The notes under the pieces: generated by a model | Databases searched by the model: none | Seen by the model: only the letters and a program-made list of their open reading frames with translations | What the model was told of the DNA's origin: nothing | Origin: an uncultured Eubacteriales bacterium | GTDB lineage: Bacteria; Bacillota; Clostridia; Lachnospirales; Lachnospiraceae | DNA: 64,000 nt | Reading direction: 5' to 3' | NCBI GenBank assembly: GCA_900320615.1 | Contig: ONSX01000013.1 | Location: forward strand, 6,042-70,041 | Shown here: in pieces, positions 40,453-50,564 of the stretch | How the letters are laid out: every line of letters starts with the position of its first letter | How positions within the stretch are numbered: position 1 is the stretch's first letter | Program-made: the position numbers and the translations under genes

Positions 40453-41370
40453 TTACCCGGCGGGTGCGGCAAGATACGATTTAAGTTCGGGAATACGCCT
40501 CTTCATTTCCGTGTATCCCCTCTCATAGAGTGCGCCGAGTTTCTCGACGTCTCCCTCAAAACGGCTGATCTCCACTGGCTCCTCCGGGGCCTGGCAGAAG
40601 GTTCTGCCGGTTTTTGTGTCTTTCTCGATTAAATCGATGACCTCGTTGTACTCGACAGATGCGCGGTCCATGGCGCGGACCAGCTCCGGATATTTCCGGT
40701 AGAGGAGCCGGTCGGCTGCGTTTTCTTTCTTCTCCGTCTTGCGGTAGGCGAGGTACTGCGTGCGGATGACCATGATTTTTCCCGGGCAGTTCCGAAGGGC
40801 CCAGCCGTAGGGAATCTTATCGGAAGAACCGCCATCGAGATAGGCCTGTCCGTCGATAGTGACGGGTCGGGAGACATAGGGAACGGTCGCGGACGCGCGG
40901 ATCGCGCGGAAAATGCGGCACTTCCCCTTCTCGAAATATTCCGGCTGACCGGTTGCGATATTGGTCGCCACAACCACGAGGCGCCTTGACCGATCAAAGA
41001 AGCGCTTTCTGTTGAGAGGATCCTGCTGCATCAGTGTCCCAAAGAGATAAGAGAAACCTGTCACACCGTGGTCATTCTTCAGCGCGCCAACTCCGGTATA
41101 TTCCGGGTCGTGGCGGTAGGTGAGATTGATGCGCGGCGCCCAGCCGATCTGTCCCGACAAATAGCCGATGGCGGAGAGAGCGCCTGCCGAGACGCCGATC
41201 GTTGTGCGGAAATTAATGCCGGCCTCCATCAGCGCATCGAGCGCGCCCTGCGTGTAAATACCTCTCCAGGCGCCGCCCTCGAGCACAAGGCATCCCTCCG
41301 TGACTGTATCAGGAGCGGTTCCCTTCGGAATGCGGTCAATTCCGCTGTATACGTGCTGCGTGTTTTCCAT
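40453..41370 (-). CDS. Patatin-like phospholipase
   Basis: EGGAWRG, GVSAG, DGG. Confidence 0.9.
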   Translation of the reverse strand: MENTQHVYSGIDRIPKGTAPDTVTEGCLVLEGGAWRGIYTQGALDALMEAGINFRTTIGVSAGALSAIGYLSGQIGWAPRINLTYRHDPEYTGVGALKNDHGVTGFSYLFGTLMQQDPLNRKRFFDRSRRLVVVATNIATGQPEYFEKGKCRIFRAIRASATVPYVSRPVTIDGQAYLDGGSSDKIPYGWALRNCPGKIMVIRTQYLAYRKTEKKENAADRLLYRKYPELVRAMDRASVEYNEVIDLIEKDTKTGRTFCQAPEEPVEISRFEGDVEKLGALYERGYTEMKRRIPELKSYLAAPAG

Positions 41371-41382
41371 GTATGTTCCTCC

Positions 41383-42009
41383 TCAGATGTTCAGTACATG
41401 CTTTATGTGAGCGAGTCTTCCGTAGAAATCCGGATAGAAATCCCTGTACGGCGTCAGATAAAATGTCTTGAGAACAAGCAGGTTGGAGCAGCGCACAGTC
41501 TCGCTGCCGGCTGCCTTGCTGAGATGGCCGGCAAGACTTACCTGAAACTTGTGCCAGTCGAGCTTGAACTCCTCGTAGACGGAAATATCGGGGATGCCGA
41601 GCCAACGGTCGATGCGCACTTTCGTGCGCGCCTTCTCCGAACAGGCATCTTCCAGAAGAAAATAGCGGACCTTTCCATCCTTATAATCGCGCCCCAGTGG
41701 GAACAGCCGGCAGATGCCCGGTCTCGCCCCGTGGATCTGGCAGCGGCCGTCCGCGCCGAGAAAGGCACAGTCCGGATCCATTCTGAGGGCTGGCACCATG
41801 AGCCCTCCCTCAAAATGAAGAGCGATCTCGCAGTCAAGGAGGGCGGAGAACGGGCGGCCAGACTCCTTCGTCAGCATAAAGCAGTCGTACGGGTCGACGT
41901 GCACCGTGTCGCCCATGCCGCGGCAGCACTTGCCGCAGCCCTCGCAGGCTCGGCTTGAGACGCGCGCCATGTCCCGCGATGTGAAATATCTTCTGATCTG
42001 ATCGGCCAT
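41383..42009 (-). CDS. YkgJ-family cysteine-cluster (Zn/Fe-chelating) protein
   Basis: CEGCGKCC, CAFL..GRCQIH..RPGICRLFP. Confidence 0.85.
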   Translation of the reverse strand: MADQIRRYFTSRDMARVSSRACEGCGKCCRGMGDTVHVDPYDCFMLTKESGRPFSALLDCEIALHFEGGLMVPALRMDPDCAFLGADGRCQIHGARPGICRLFPLGRDYKDGKVRYFLLEDACSEKARTKVRIDRWLGIPDISVYEEFKLDWHKFQVSLAGHLSKAAGSETVRCSNLLVLKTFYLTPYRDFYPDFYGRLAHIKHVLNI

Positions 42010-42181
42010 AATCCCTCTCTCGAAATTTCTCGAATTTTCGTCTATATTACCACAAACATCCAGTTTCTGCCAACCGCTGTACGCAGTGTATGATGCCTGT
42101 GATGATGCCCGCTGAATTGTATAAAACACAGGAAATATGCAGCTTCCGCCCTGTAATCATTGTCCAAAACGCACATAATAC

Positions 42182-42210
42182 TTGATTAAAGTTAGACTGT
42201 TTAGTACAAT
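42182..42210 (+). promoter_or_regulatory. SigA-type promoter of the EF-G paralogue
   Basis: TTGATT-17 bp-TACAAT. Confidence 0.6.
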
Positions 42211-42273
42211 ATTTCCATAATGAATGCGGCATTTGTGATGCCGGGTCAAATATGTATTTCGGAGGTAACGTGT

Positions 42274-44118
42274 ATGGATGTTTACAGAACAGACAGGGTC
42301 AGAAATGTAGTGTTACTCGGTCATGGCGGCGCCGGCAAGACGACACTGGCGGAAGCCATGGCGTATCGAAGTGGAAGAGGCTGTCGGCGTCGCCGATGCG
42401 GCAATCATCGTTGTCTCTGGTAAGGACGGCGTACAGGTCGGAACGGAGAAGGCATGGGAACTCTGCGAGGAGCACAACCTGCCGAGAATGATTTTTGTCA
42501 CGGAGATGGACAACGACGACGTGAGCTATCGCGAGGTTGTCGAGAAGCTGCAGGAGCTCTTCGGAAAGAAGATCGCGCCGCTCCACATGCCGATCCGTGA
42601 GAACGGCAAGTTCGTCGGCTATGTCAACATCGTAAAGAAGGCCGGAAGACATTACATCGCAAAGGGCAGGAAGGAGGAGTGCCCTGTCCCGGATTACCTG
42701 AAGGAATATCTGGACAAGTACAGAGAAACTCTTCTTGAGTCAGTCGCAGAGACATCCGATGAGTATATGGATCGCTATTTCAGCGGCGATGAGTTCTCGG
42801 TTGCCGAGATCTCCGCGGCGCTCGCGACAAACATCGATGCGTGCGCGATTGTTCCTGTCTGCATGGGATCTCCGGTCAACCTGCAGGGTGTCTCGAACCT
42901 GCTCGATGATATCTGTGAGTATTTTCCGGATCCGTCGAAGCGCCCGTGCACCGGCATTAACACGAAGACGAATGAGATATTTGAGGCCAATTACGACTTC
43001 CAGAAGGCGAAGAGCGCTTATGTCTGGAAGACGATTTCGGATCCGTTCATCGGAAAATACAGCCTGATCAAGGTCTGCTCCGGTACCTTAAAGAGCGACG
43101 ACACCCTCTTTGACGTCGACAAGGGAAATGAGGAGCGCCTCTCGCAAAGCTCGGCGACGTGTCGACAGGCGATTCTCTCGCGACGAAGCAGACGATGGTC
43201 TCGTATCCGAAGACACTTCTGTCCGTCCCATACACGGCAAAGCGCTACAAGGCCGTCAATAAGGGCGACGACGACAAAATCGCGCAGGCGCTCGCAAAGC
43301 TGGCCATTGAGGATCGGACGTTCCACAATGTCATTGATTCCGCAAACCATCAGAGCCTTCTCTATGGAATCGGCGATCAGCAGATCGAGGTTATAAAGAG
43401 CAAGCTCGAGGACAGATACAAAGTGAAGATCGAGCTTTGCGAGCCGAAGGTCGCGTTCCGCGAGACGATCCGCAAGAAGTCTGACGTCGAGGGCAAATAC
43501 AAGAAACAGACGGGCGGCCACGGACAGTACGGTGACGTCAAGATGCGGTTTGAGCCGAGCGGCAACATGGACAAGCCATATGAATTCGTGATCGAGGTTG
43601 TCGGAGGCGCTGTTCCGAAGAATTATTATCCGGCTGTCGAGAAGGGACTTGCGGAGTGCATGGACGCCGGACCGCTTGCAGGATATCCAGTCGTCGGCGT
43701 CAGGGCGACTCTGTATGACGGGTCCTATCATCCGGTCGACTCTTCTGAGCAGGCATTCAAGACAGCGACCCACATGGCTTTCAAGGACGGTTTCATGAAG
43801 GCAGACCCGGTTCTCCTTGAGCCGATCGTCACACTTCGTGTGAAGGTGAAGGATCAGTACACGGGCGATGTCATGGGAGACCTCAACAAGAGACGCGGCC
43901 GTGTCCTCGGAATGAATCCGGACAAGAACGGCACGACGATCATTGAGGCTGATGTCCCGCAGACAGAGATCTACGGATATGGCACGGTTCTTCGCTCCAT
44001 GACGGGCGGATCGGGAGATTTCTCCTATGAGTTCGCGCGCTACGAGCAGGCTCCGGCCGATGTTCAGAAGAAGCAGATCGAGGCCCGCGCCGACAAGGTC
44101 GGACGGGACGAGGAATAA
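42274..44118 (+). pseudogene. Elongation factor G paralogue (EF-G2/FusA2-like), broken by two frame-shifting apparent deletions (real pseudogene or assembly gaps)
   Basis: Three EF-G segments joined by two frame changes: 42274-42366 (RNVVLLGHGGAGKTTL), 42368-43144 (EVEEAV..ADAA..), 43141-44118 (GDSL..KKQTGGHGQYG..DGSYHPVDSSE); the DTPG (G3) region is absent. Confidence 0.8.
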
Positions 44119-44127
44119 TTCTTTATA

Positions 44128-44179
44128 AAGAAAGGGGCCGCCGCACTAATTACTTAGTGCGGCAGCCCCTTCTTTTTTT
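44128..44179. terminator. Bidirectional intrinsic terminator
   Basis: AAGGGGC.GCCGCACTAA..TTAGTGCGGC.GCCCCTT followed by a T-run. Confidence 0.8.
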
Positions 44180-44208
44180 ACCTGATTGTCAAAGAGAAAG
44201 CAAAGCGC

Positions 44209-45420
44209 TCACTGGCGGTCCACCTGGTCCGTATCGATGACAACCGGACTGTGGTCCTGCACCTTGCCGAGCATCTTTGTGATCTTCTTTGTCGTGCTCT
44301 TGACTTTCTCGATCGACTCGTCATGGTTGAGCGTATTGATGATGCTGGCGAGATACTTGTACATATTCGCGGTCTCGTAGTAAGGCTTCTTCAGAAGTTC
44401 AGGCTGACGATAGCAGACATTTGTCGTGATGAGCTTGGTGAACATGCCTTTCTCGTAGTATTCGTCGAACTTCTCGAAACCGTCCGTGAAGAGGCCGAAT
44501 GTCGTGCAGATAAATACACGGTTTGCGCCGCGCTTCTTCATCTGCGCGCAGCAGTCGAGCATCGAGCCGCCGGAGGAGATCATGTCGTCGATGATGACGC
44601 AGTCCTTTCCGGCAACAGAGTCGCCGAGGAACTCGTGAGCGACGATCGGGTTCTTGCCGTTGACAACCTTCGAGTAGTCGCGGCGCTTGTAGAACATACC
44701 AATGTCAGCGCCGAGAATGTTCGCAAAGTAGACGGCACGATTCATCGCTCCCTCATCCGGGGAGATAACCATGAAGTGATCGCTGTCGAACTGAAGGTCC
44801 GGCGCGGACTTGAGAAGTGCTCTCAGGAACTGGTAGGTCGGCATGAAGTTGTCAAATCCGCAGAACGGCGTCGCATTTCTTACGCGGGGATCATGTGCGT
44901 CAAATGTAATGATCTCAGAGACGCCGCAGTTCTGCAGTTCCCGGAGAGCCATGGCCGCATCGAGGGACTCGCGTCCGGTTCTCTTGTGCTGGCGGCTCTC
45001 ATAGAGGAACGGCATGACAACGCTGATCCGGTGCGCCTTTCCATTCGCCGCGGAGATAATTCGTTTCAGGTCCTGAAAATGATTGTCCGGTGACATGTGA
45101 TTGATCCGGCCGCAGACCTTGTAGGTGATGCTGTAATTCATGACGTCTGCGACGATATAGAGATCCGCTCCGCGGACGCTTTCGTTGATGACCGCGCGGC
45201 CTTCGCCTGTTCCGTAGCGGGTTAATTTTGTATCGAGCAGGTAGGATGGTTCGATGTATCCCTGGAGCTGCAGAGAGGATGGATCCTTCTCTGCGATTGA
45301 CTTACGCATCTTCACGAGAGACGAGTTGACCTGACGGGCAAGCGGTCTTGAACCTTCGATGTAAGCAATTTTAAGCGGTGCGACCGGTCTGGTCTTTTTG
45401 ATTGTTTCGGAAGTTGCCAT
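44209..45420 (-). CDS. prs: Ribose-phosphate pyrophosphokinase
   Basis: ESVRGADLY, MPFLYESRQH, TFDAH, SPDEGA, IIDDMISSGGS. Confidence 0.95.
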   Translation of the reverse strand: MATSETIKKTRPVAPLKIAYIEGSRPLARQVNSSLVKMRKSIAEKDPSSLQLQGYIEPSYLLDTKLTRYGTGEGRAVINESVRGADLYIVADVMNYSITYKVCGRINHMSPDNHFQDLKRIISAANGKAHRISVVMPFLYESRQHKRTGRESLDAAMALRELQNCGVSEIITFDAHDPRVRNATPFCGFDNFMPTYQFLRALLKSAPDLQFDSDHFMVISPDEGAMNRAVYFANILGADIGMFYKRRDYSKVVNGKNPIVAHEFLGDSVAGKDCVIIDDMISSGGSMLDCCAQMKKRGANRVFICTTFGLFTDGFEKFDEYYEKGMFTKLITTNVCYRQPELLKKPYYETANMYKYLASIINTLNHDESIEKVKSTTKKITKMLGKVQDHSPVVIDTDQVDRQ

Positions 45421-45586
45421 ATTTTCCTCCGTATGAAATTAGATAGAATCTTTCAAGACAGGAATAACAGTCAGAAAATCAGGGGCCTGTCACGTAAAGC
45501 TTGTGTAAAATGCGCATTTCATTTCCTGTAAGTGACTTCAGAGGAAAAAAATGGTATAGTGTAAAAAAGTATTTTCAGGAGAGAGT

Positions 45587-47233
45587 ATGCGCGATTCACG
45601 GAATCTGGGACATGAGATCAAGTCGGTGAAGAAAGGATCGATTGCCTGGGAAATGGGCGTTGAGCCCGGCATGTACGTCGCTGAGGTGAACGGTCACGAG
45701 CTGAAGGACGTCTTCGACTATCAGTATTATATGGCGAATGAGTCCGTCACCGTTCTCATCCGGGAAAAGAGCGGCGAGGAGACATTGCTTGAGATTGAGA
45801 AGGATGAAAACGAGGATTTCGGCGTCGAATTCGTGAGCCCCCTCATGGACGACTACAGACACTGCAGCAATAACTGCGTATTCTGCTTCATCGACCAGAT
45901 GCCGCCGGGCATGCGGGATACGCTGTATTTCAAGGATGACGACTCCCGTCTTTCCTTTCTGCAGGGCAATTATGTGACGCTGACAAATATGTCGGACGAG
46001 GATATTGACCGCATCATCCGCTTCCGCCTCGAGCCGATTAATGTATCGGTTCAGACGACAAACCCGTCTCTCCGCGTGAGGATGCTTCACAACCGGTTCG
46101 CGGGCACGGCCCTCAGTAAAATGAAGCGCCTGAAGGACGCGGGGATTGTGATGAACGGTCAGATTGTGCTCTGCAAGGGATGGAACGACGGCGCGGAGCT
46201 CGACCGGACGATTCGTGATCTGACGGCATATCTGCCGGAGATGCAGAGCGTGTCCGTTGTTCCCGTGGGGCTTTCGAAATTCCGGAAGGGGCTCGAGAAG
46301 CTCGAGCCGTTCACAAAGGAGGACGCCGGGAATGTCATCGATCTCATTGAGTCGTGGCAGAAGAAAATCTGGAATGAGCTCGCCGCATCCTATGTCCCCG
46401 AGGAGGGAGAGGTTGTGCCGGATCTTACGCGCGGAGCGCCGCGCCACTTCATTCATGCTTCCGACGAGTGGTATATCCTCGCGGGGCGGCCGCTGCCGCC
46501 GGCGGAGCAGTACGACGGATTTGTCCAGTACGAGAACGGCGTCGGCATGCTGCGCCTTCTGCAGATGGAAGTGGATGCCGCGATCGACAGGTACAAGGCT
46601 CTGCTGGCGGACGGAGACGACCCCGGGGACGGACGGGGCGACCACCACTCGAGAATCTGGCGCAGCAATACAGAGGGCGAAAAGGCAGAGCCGGGCGATC
46701 CGGAGGCGGCGCGTCTTGCCGCGGGTTCTGCAGACGAAGAGGATGAGAACGACCCCGTCGGCGGCCGTGTCTTCGCGGAAGGCGCGGAGAGGGCACGCGA
46801 CGCGCTCATCAGGGCCATTCGGATGCCCCGCCGCGCGACGTCTGTCACGGGAAGGCTGGCGGATCCGTACATCCGTGAGCTGGCCGGTCATGTGGAGAAG
46901 GCTTTTCCCGGCCACACCTTGAATGTTGTCCCGATACGGAATGATTTCTTTGGTGAGATGATCACGGTGGCCGGACTTGTGACCGGGCGGGACTTGATCC
47001 GCCAGCTGAAGGGGCGGCAGGAGGCCGGAGAGGATCTCGGAAGCGCGATTCTTGTTCCCATCACCATGCTGAAGCGCGGCGACAGGATTTTCCTCGACGA
47101 TCTCTCGATTGATGATGTCGAGAGAGAGACGGGGCTTCCCGTGCGCGTCATCGAGGACAGCGGAGAGGATCTTGTGAGAGCGCAACTTGGACTGAAACCT
47201 GTAAAGAAAGAGGAAAGGCAGCTTTATGAGTAA
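45587..47233 (+). CDS. DUF512 PDZ/radical-SAM-like Fe-S protein (typical upstream neighbour of der)
   Basis: CSNNCVFCFIDQMP, KDDDSRLSFLQGNYVTLTN, QYENGVG, NDFFG..ITVAGL. Confidence 0.9.
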   Translation: MRDSRNLGHEIKSVKKGSIAWEMGVEPGMYVAEVNGHELKDVFDYQYYMANESVTVLIREKSGEETLLEIEKDENEDFGVEFVSPLMDDYRHCSNNCVFCFIDQMPPGMRDTLYFKDDDSRLSFLQGNYVTLTNMSDEDIDRIIRFRLEPINVSVQTTNPSLRVRMLHNRFAGTALSKMKRLKDAGIVMNGQIVLCKGWNDGAELDRTIRDLTAYLPEMQSVSVVPVGLSKFRKGLEKLEPFTKEDAGNVIDLIESWQKKIWNELAASYVPEEGEVVPDLTRGAPRHFIHASDEWYILAGRPLPPAEQYDGFVQYENGVGMLRLLQMEVDAAIDRYKALLADGDDPGDGRGDHHSRIWRSNTEGEKAEPGDPEAARLAAGSADEEDENDPVGGRVFAEGAERARDALIRAIRMPRRATSVTGRLADPYIRELAGHVEKAFPGHTLNVVPIRNDFFGEMITVAGLVTGRDLIRQLKGRQEAGEDLGSAILVPITMLKRGDRIFLDDLSIDDVERETGLPVRVIEDSGEDLVRAQLGLKPVKKEERQLYE

Positions 47234-48572
47234 ACCGATTGTAGCGATTGTCGGCAGGCCGAACGTAGGAAAATCAACACTTTTCAATGCGCTTGCCGGA
47301 AAGAATATTTCCATTGTCGAGGATACGCCGGGCGTGACGAGGGACAGAATCTACGCGGAGGTCGACTGGTCAGGGTATCATTTCACACTGATTGACACGG
47401 GCGGCATCGAGCCGGAGTCCGGAGACATTATTCTGAAACAGATGCGCGAGCAGGCTGAGATCGCGATTGAGACGGCGGATGTCATCATCTTTATGGTTGA
47501 CCTGAGGACCGGCCTGCAGGACAGCGACGGAAAGGTTGCCGATATGCTCCGGAAATCCGGCAAACCGATCGTCCTCTGCGTCAACGCCGTCGATAATTTC
47601 AAGGTACAGGAGCCGTACATTTACGAATTCTATGAACTTGGCATCGGCGATCCGGTGGCGGTCAGCGCCGCGAACCGCATGGGCATCGGTGAGCTTCTCG
47701 ATCAGGTTACGTCCTACTTCAGCGAGGAGGACCTCGAGGACGAGGAGAGCGACGTTCCGCGCGTCGCCGTGATCGGACGCCCGAATGTCGGAAAATCGAG
47801 TATCATCAATAAACTGATCGGCTCGAACCGCGTCATTGTCTCCAATGTGGCCGGTACGACGCGCGACGCGATCGACACGCCGGTCCGCTATCAGGGGCGG
47901 GACTATGTTTTCATTGACACGGCGGGTCTCCGCCGCAAGAGCCGCATCAGAGAGGAACTTGAGCGGTATACCGTGATCCGGACCATCGCGGCCGTCGAGC
48001 GCTGCGACGTCGCGGTTATCGTCATCGACGCTGTCGAGGGCATCTCGGAGCAGGACGCAAAGATCGCAGGAATCGCGCACGAGCGAGGCAAGGGAATTGT
48101 CATCGCCGTCAATAAATGGGACGCCGTGAAGGACAAGGATGCGCAGAGCACGAGGGATTATGAGAAGAAGGTGCGCCAGATTCTCTCATATCTGAACTAC
48201 GCGGAGATTATCTTCATTTCCGCGGAGACAGGTCAGCGGCTCGGCAAACTCTTCTCATCGATCGACATGGTGCTTGAGAACCAGAAGAGACGAATTCCGA
48301 CCGGCGTTCTGAATGAGATCATGACCGAGGCTGTCGCGCTGCAGGCGCCCCCGACGGACAAGGGCAGGAGGCTCAAGCTCTATTACATCACGCAGGTGTC
48401 TGTGGAGCCGCCGACGTTCGTCATCTTTGTCAATGACAAAAAGCTCATGCATTTTTCCTATACGCGCTATATCGAGAACCAGATCCGGGCCTCCTACGCG
48501 TTCAGGGGGACATCTCTGAAGTTCATTATCCGTGAGCGCTCCGACAAGGAGAAGACCACGATTGAAAAATGA
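47226..48572 (+). CDS. der: Ribosome biogenesis GTPase Der (EngA)
   Basis: Two GRPNVGKS P-loops, DTGG and DTAG, C-terminal KH-like domain. Confidence 0.98.
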   Translation: MSKPIVAIVGRPNVGKSTLFNALAGKNISIVEDTPGVTRDRIYAEVDWSGYHFTLIDTGGIEPESGDIILKQMREQAEIAIETADVIIFMVDLRTGLQDSDGKVADMLRKSGKPIVLCVNAVDNFKVQEPYIYEFYELGIGDPVAVSAANRMGIGELLDQVTSYFSEEDLEDEESDVPRVAVIGRPNVGKSSIINKLIGSNRVIVSNVAGTTRDAIDTPVRYQGRDYVFIDTAGLRRKSRIREELERYTVIRTIAAVERCDVAVIVIDAVEGISEQDAKIAGIAHERGKGIVIAVNKWDAVKDKDAQSTRDYEKKVRQILSYLNYAEIIFISAETGQRLGKLFSSIDMVLENQKRRIPTGVLNEIMTEAVALQAPPTDKGRRLKLYYITQVSVEPPTFVIFVNDKKLMHFSYTRYIENQIRASYAFRGTSLKFIIRERSDKEKTTIEK

Positions 48573-48592
48573 GAGAAGAGGAGGAATGACAC

Positions 48593-49255
48593 ATGCTGCC
48601 GCGTGTCCTGGCACTTGTTATCGGCTACTGTTTCGGTCTGTTTCAGACCTCATATATTTACGGAAGAGTTCACGGAATTGATATCCGCACAAAAGGTTCG
48701 GGAAATGCAGGATCCACGAATACGCTGCGCACTTTCGGGGCGAAGGCCGGTGTTATCGTCATGATCGGCGATATCAGTAAATGCATTCTCGCGTGCTTTG
48801 TGGTCTGGCTTATTTTCCACAGAAGCTTCGGGGATCTTGACTATCTTCTCCGCACGTACGCGGGGCTCGGCTGTATCCTCGGACATAATTATCCGTTCTA
48901 CATGGGGTTTCGGGGAGGCAAGGGAGTCGCCTGTACGGCCGGTTTCATCAATTCGATTTCCTGGCAGATGACGGTGATCGGCATTCCTCTCTTTCTGCTT
49001 CTTTTTTTCACGACCCACTATGTGTCGCTCTGCTCGCTATCGATCGGCGCACTGCTCATGGTCGGGACTTGCATTATGGGACGGATGGGACTTTTTCACC
49101 TGGCGGCGGGACCGCAGGCAGAGATGTATGTCCTGGTTGCGATCATTGTCGCCCAGATGTATATCCGTCACAGAGGAAATATCCACAGGCTCCTGACACA
49201 CACGGAGAGAAAGACGTATTTTCATCATCACACGGATGAAAGACAGGGATCATGA
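48593..49255 (+). CDS. plsY: Glycerol-3-phosphate acyltransferase PlsY
   Basis: GSGNAGSTN, GHNYP..FRGGKGVA, HRGNI.RL. Confidence 0.95.
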   Translation: MLPRVLALVIGYCFGLFQTSYIYGRVHGIDIRTKGSGNAGSTNTLRTFGAKAGVIVMIGDISKCILACFVVWLIFHRSFGDLDYLLRTYAGLGCILGHNYPFYMGFRGGKGVACTAGFINSISWQMTVIGIPLFLLLFFTTHYVSLCSLSIGALLMVGTCIMGRMGLFHLAAGPQAEMYVLVAIIVAQMYIRHRGNIHRLLTHTERKTYFHHHTDERQGS

Positions 49256-49308
49256 TAGGTTCCCTGCCTGTGAATACCGCGGTATATCCGCAGAAAGGAA
49301 GATAGATT

Positions 49309-50337
49309 ATGAGCAAGGTAACGATGATCGGATGCGGCGCGTGGGGCATGGCTCTGGCCTGCCATCTGAGCCGCTCGGGACATGACGTGACGGTGTGGTG
49401 CCACTCGGAAGAGGCCGCAGAAAAACTCGCGGAGGAACGGAAGATGGAGGCTGCATTTCCGGGCATTCAGTTTCCGGAGCGCATTGTTTTTACGCATGAC
49501 GCGGAGCTTGCGGCCAGGGAACGCGATCTGATTGTCTTTTCCGTTGCCTCTTCCTTTACGAGAAGCACGGCGAAACGATTTGCGCCGTTTATCCGCGAGG
49601 GACAGAAGGTTGTGACTGTGACAAAGGGAATCGAGAATGAAACATTCAAGCTTCAGACGGAGATTATCGAGAGCGAGATCCCTGGCATAAAGTGCGCGGC
49701 ACTGTCCGGACCGACGCATGCGGAGGAAGTGATCCGGGACATGCCGACGGCGATTGTTGCCGCAGCAGCCGACAGAGAGACGGCGGAGTTTGTCCAGGAC
49801 ATCTTTATCAGCCCGTTCTTCCGCGTCTATACGTCTCCGGATGTAAGGGGCGTTGAGCTCGGGGGCTCCCTGAAGAATGTCATCGCGCTTGCAGCCGGTA
49901 TGGCGGACGGCATGGGCTTCGGCGACAATTGCAAGGCGGCGCTCATGACGCGCGGCATCCATGAGATCGCGGGAACAGCCGTGAAGCTCGGCGCGGATGT
50001 GCGGACTTTGACAGGACTGTCCGGAATCGGCGATCTTATCGTCACCTGCGGCAGCGTTCATTCGCGGAACCACCGGTGCGGCGAGCTGATTGGCCGTGGC
50101 ATGACTCCGCGGGAGGCCGTTCAGGAAGTCGGGCAGGTCGTCGAAGGATTCTACTGCGCGAAGGCAGCGGCGGGTCTTTCAAAGAAATTCGGCACGTCGA
50201 TGCCGATCACGGAGGAGGTCAACCGGGTTCTCTTCGAGGGACGCGATCCAAAGGCGGCCGTGACCGAGCTGATGCTTCGCGGACGGAAGATGGAAGCGGA
50301 CATTCCGGAGGAGAAGCTCCCTGAGGGCTGGAGATAA
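49309..50337 (+). CDS. gpsA: NAD(P)H-dependent glycerol-3-phosphate dehydrogenase
   Basis: GCGAWG, KGIE, SGPTHAEE, LKNVIA, GIGDLIVTC.S.HSRN. Confidence 0.96.
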   Translation: MSKVTMIGCGAWGMALACHLSRSGHDVTVWCHSEEAAEKLAEERKMEAAFPGIQFPERIVFTHDAELAARERDLIVFSVASSFTRSTAKRFAPFIREGQKVVTVTKGIENETFKLQTEIIESEIPGIKCAALSGPTHAEEVIRDMPTAIVAAAADRETAEFVQDIFISPFFRVYTSPDVRGVELGGSLKNVIALAAGMADGMGFGDNCKAALMTRGIHEIAGTAVKLGADVRTLTGLSGIGDLIVTCGSVHSRNHRCGELIGRGMTPREAVQEVGQVVEGFYCAKAAAGLSKKFGTSMPITEEVNRVLFEGRDPKAAVTELMLRGRKMEADIPEEKLPEGWR

Positions 50338-50392
50338 GACACGGCAGTATTAAGAAAGCCTGCATGGCATTCGCCGGAAAGGACATAAAAAT

Positions 50393-50425
50393 AAAATAAG
50401 GGGGCGTTTATGCCCCCTATTTTTT
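50393..50425. terminator. Bidirectional intrinsic terminator
   Basis: AAAATAAGGGGGC..GCCCCCTATTTTTT. Confidence 0.7.
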
Positions 50426-50564
50426 ATGCCTGAATGTACAGAAAGATCCGCGGTGCGCCGCTCGCTTCTTGTCCGCCATCCTCATATTTTCATGCCCGAA
50501 TATGCAGGAAATGCCTGTATCGCAGGGAAAGCTCCGGCATATGAAGCACAAGCAAGAACCTGTG

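Noticed and set aside
40453-41370. Patatin genes as CBASS CapV-like effectors
   Set aside because: No CD-NTase or other CBASS gene is adjacent. Both copies resemble the common stand-alone EGG.RG patatin family.
42274-44118. Programmed frameshifting, or a TetM-like ribosomal protection protein, to explain the split EF-G
   Set aside because: Coding blocks including DTPG are physically absent, which recoding cannot restore. The C-terminal motifs are EF-G-type, and there are no slippery sequences.
45596-47314. Long antisense ORFs (also 6481-7935, 30552-31994, 37054-38520, 38913-40151, 58781-60304, 9030-10073)
   Set aside because: They mirror well-supported genes on the opposite strand, as expected from codon bias in GC-rich DNA. 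They show no motifs or RBS.
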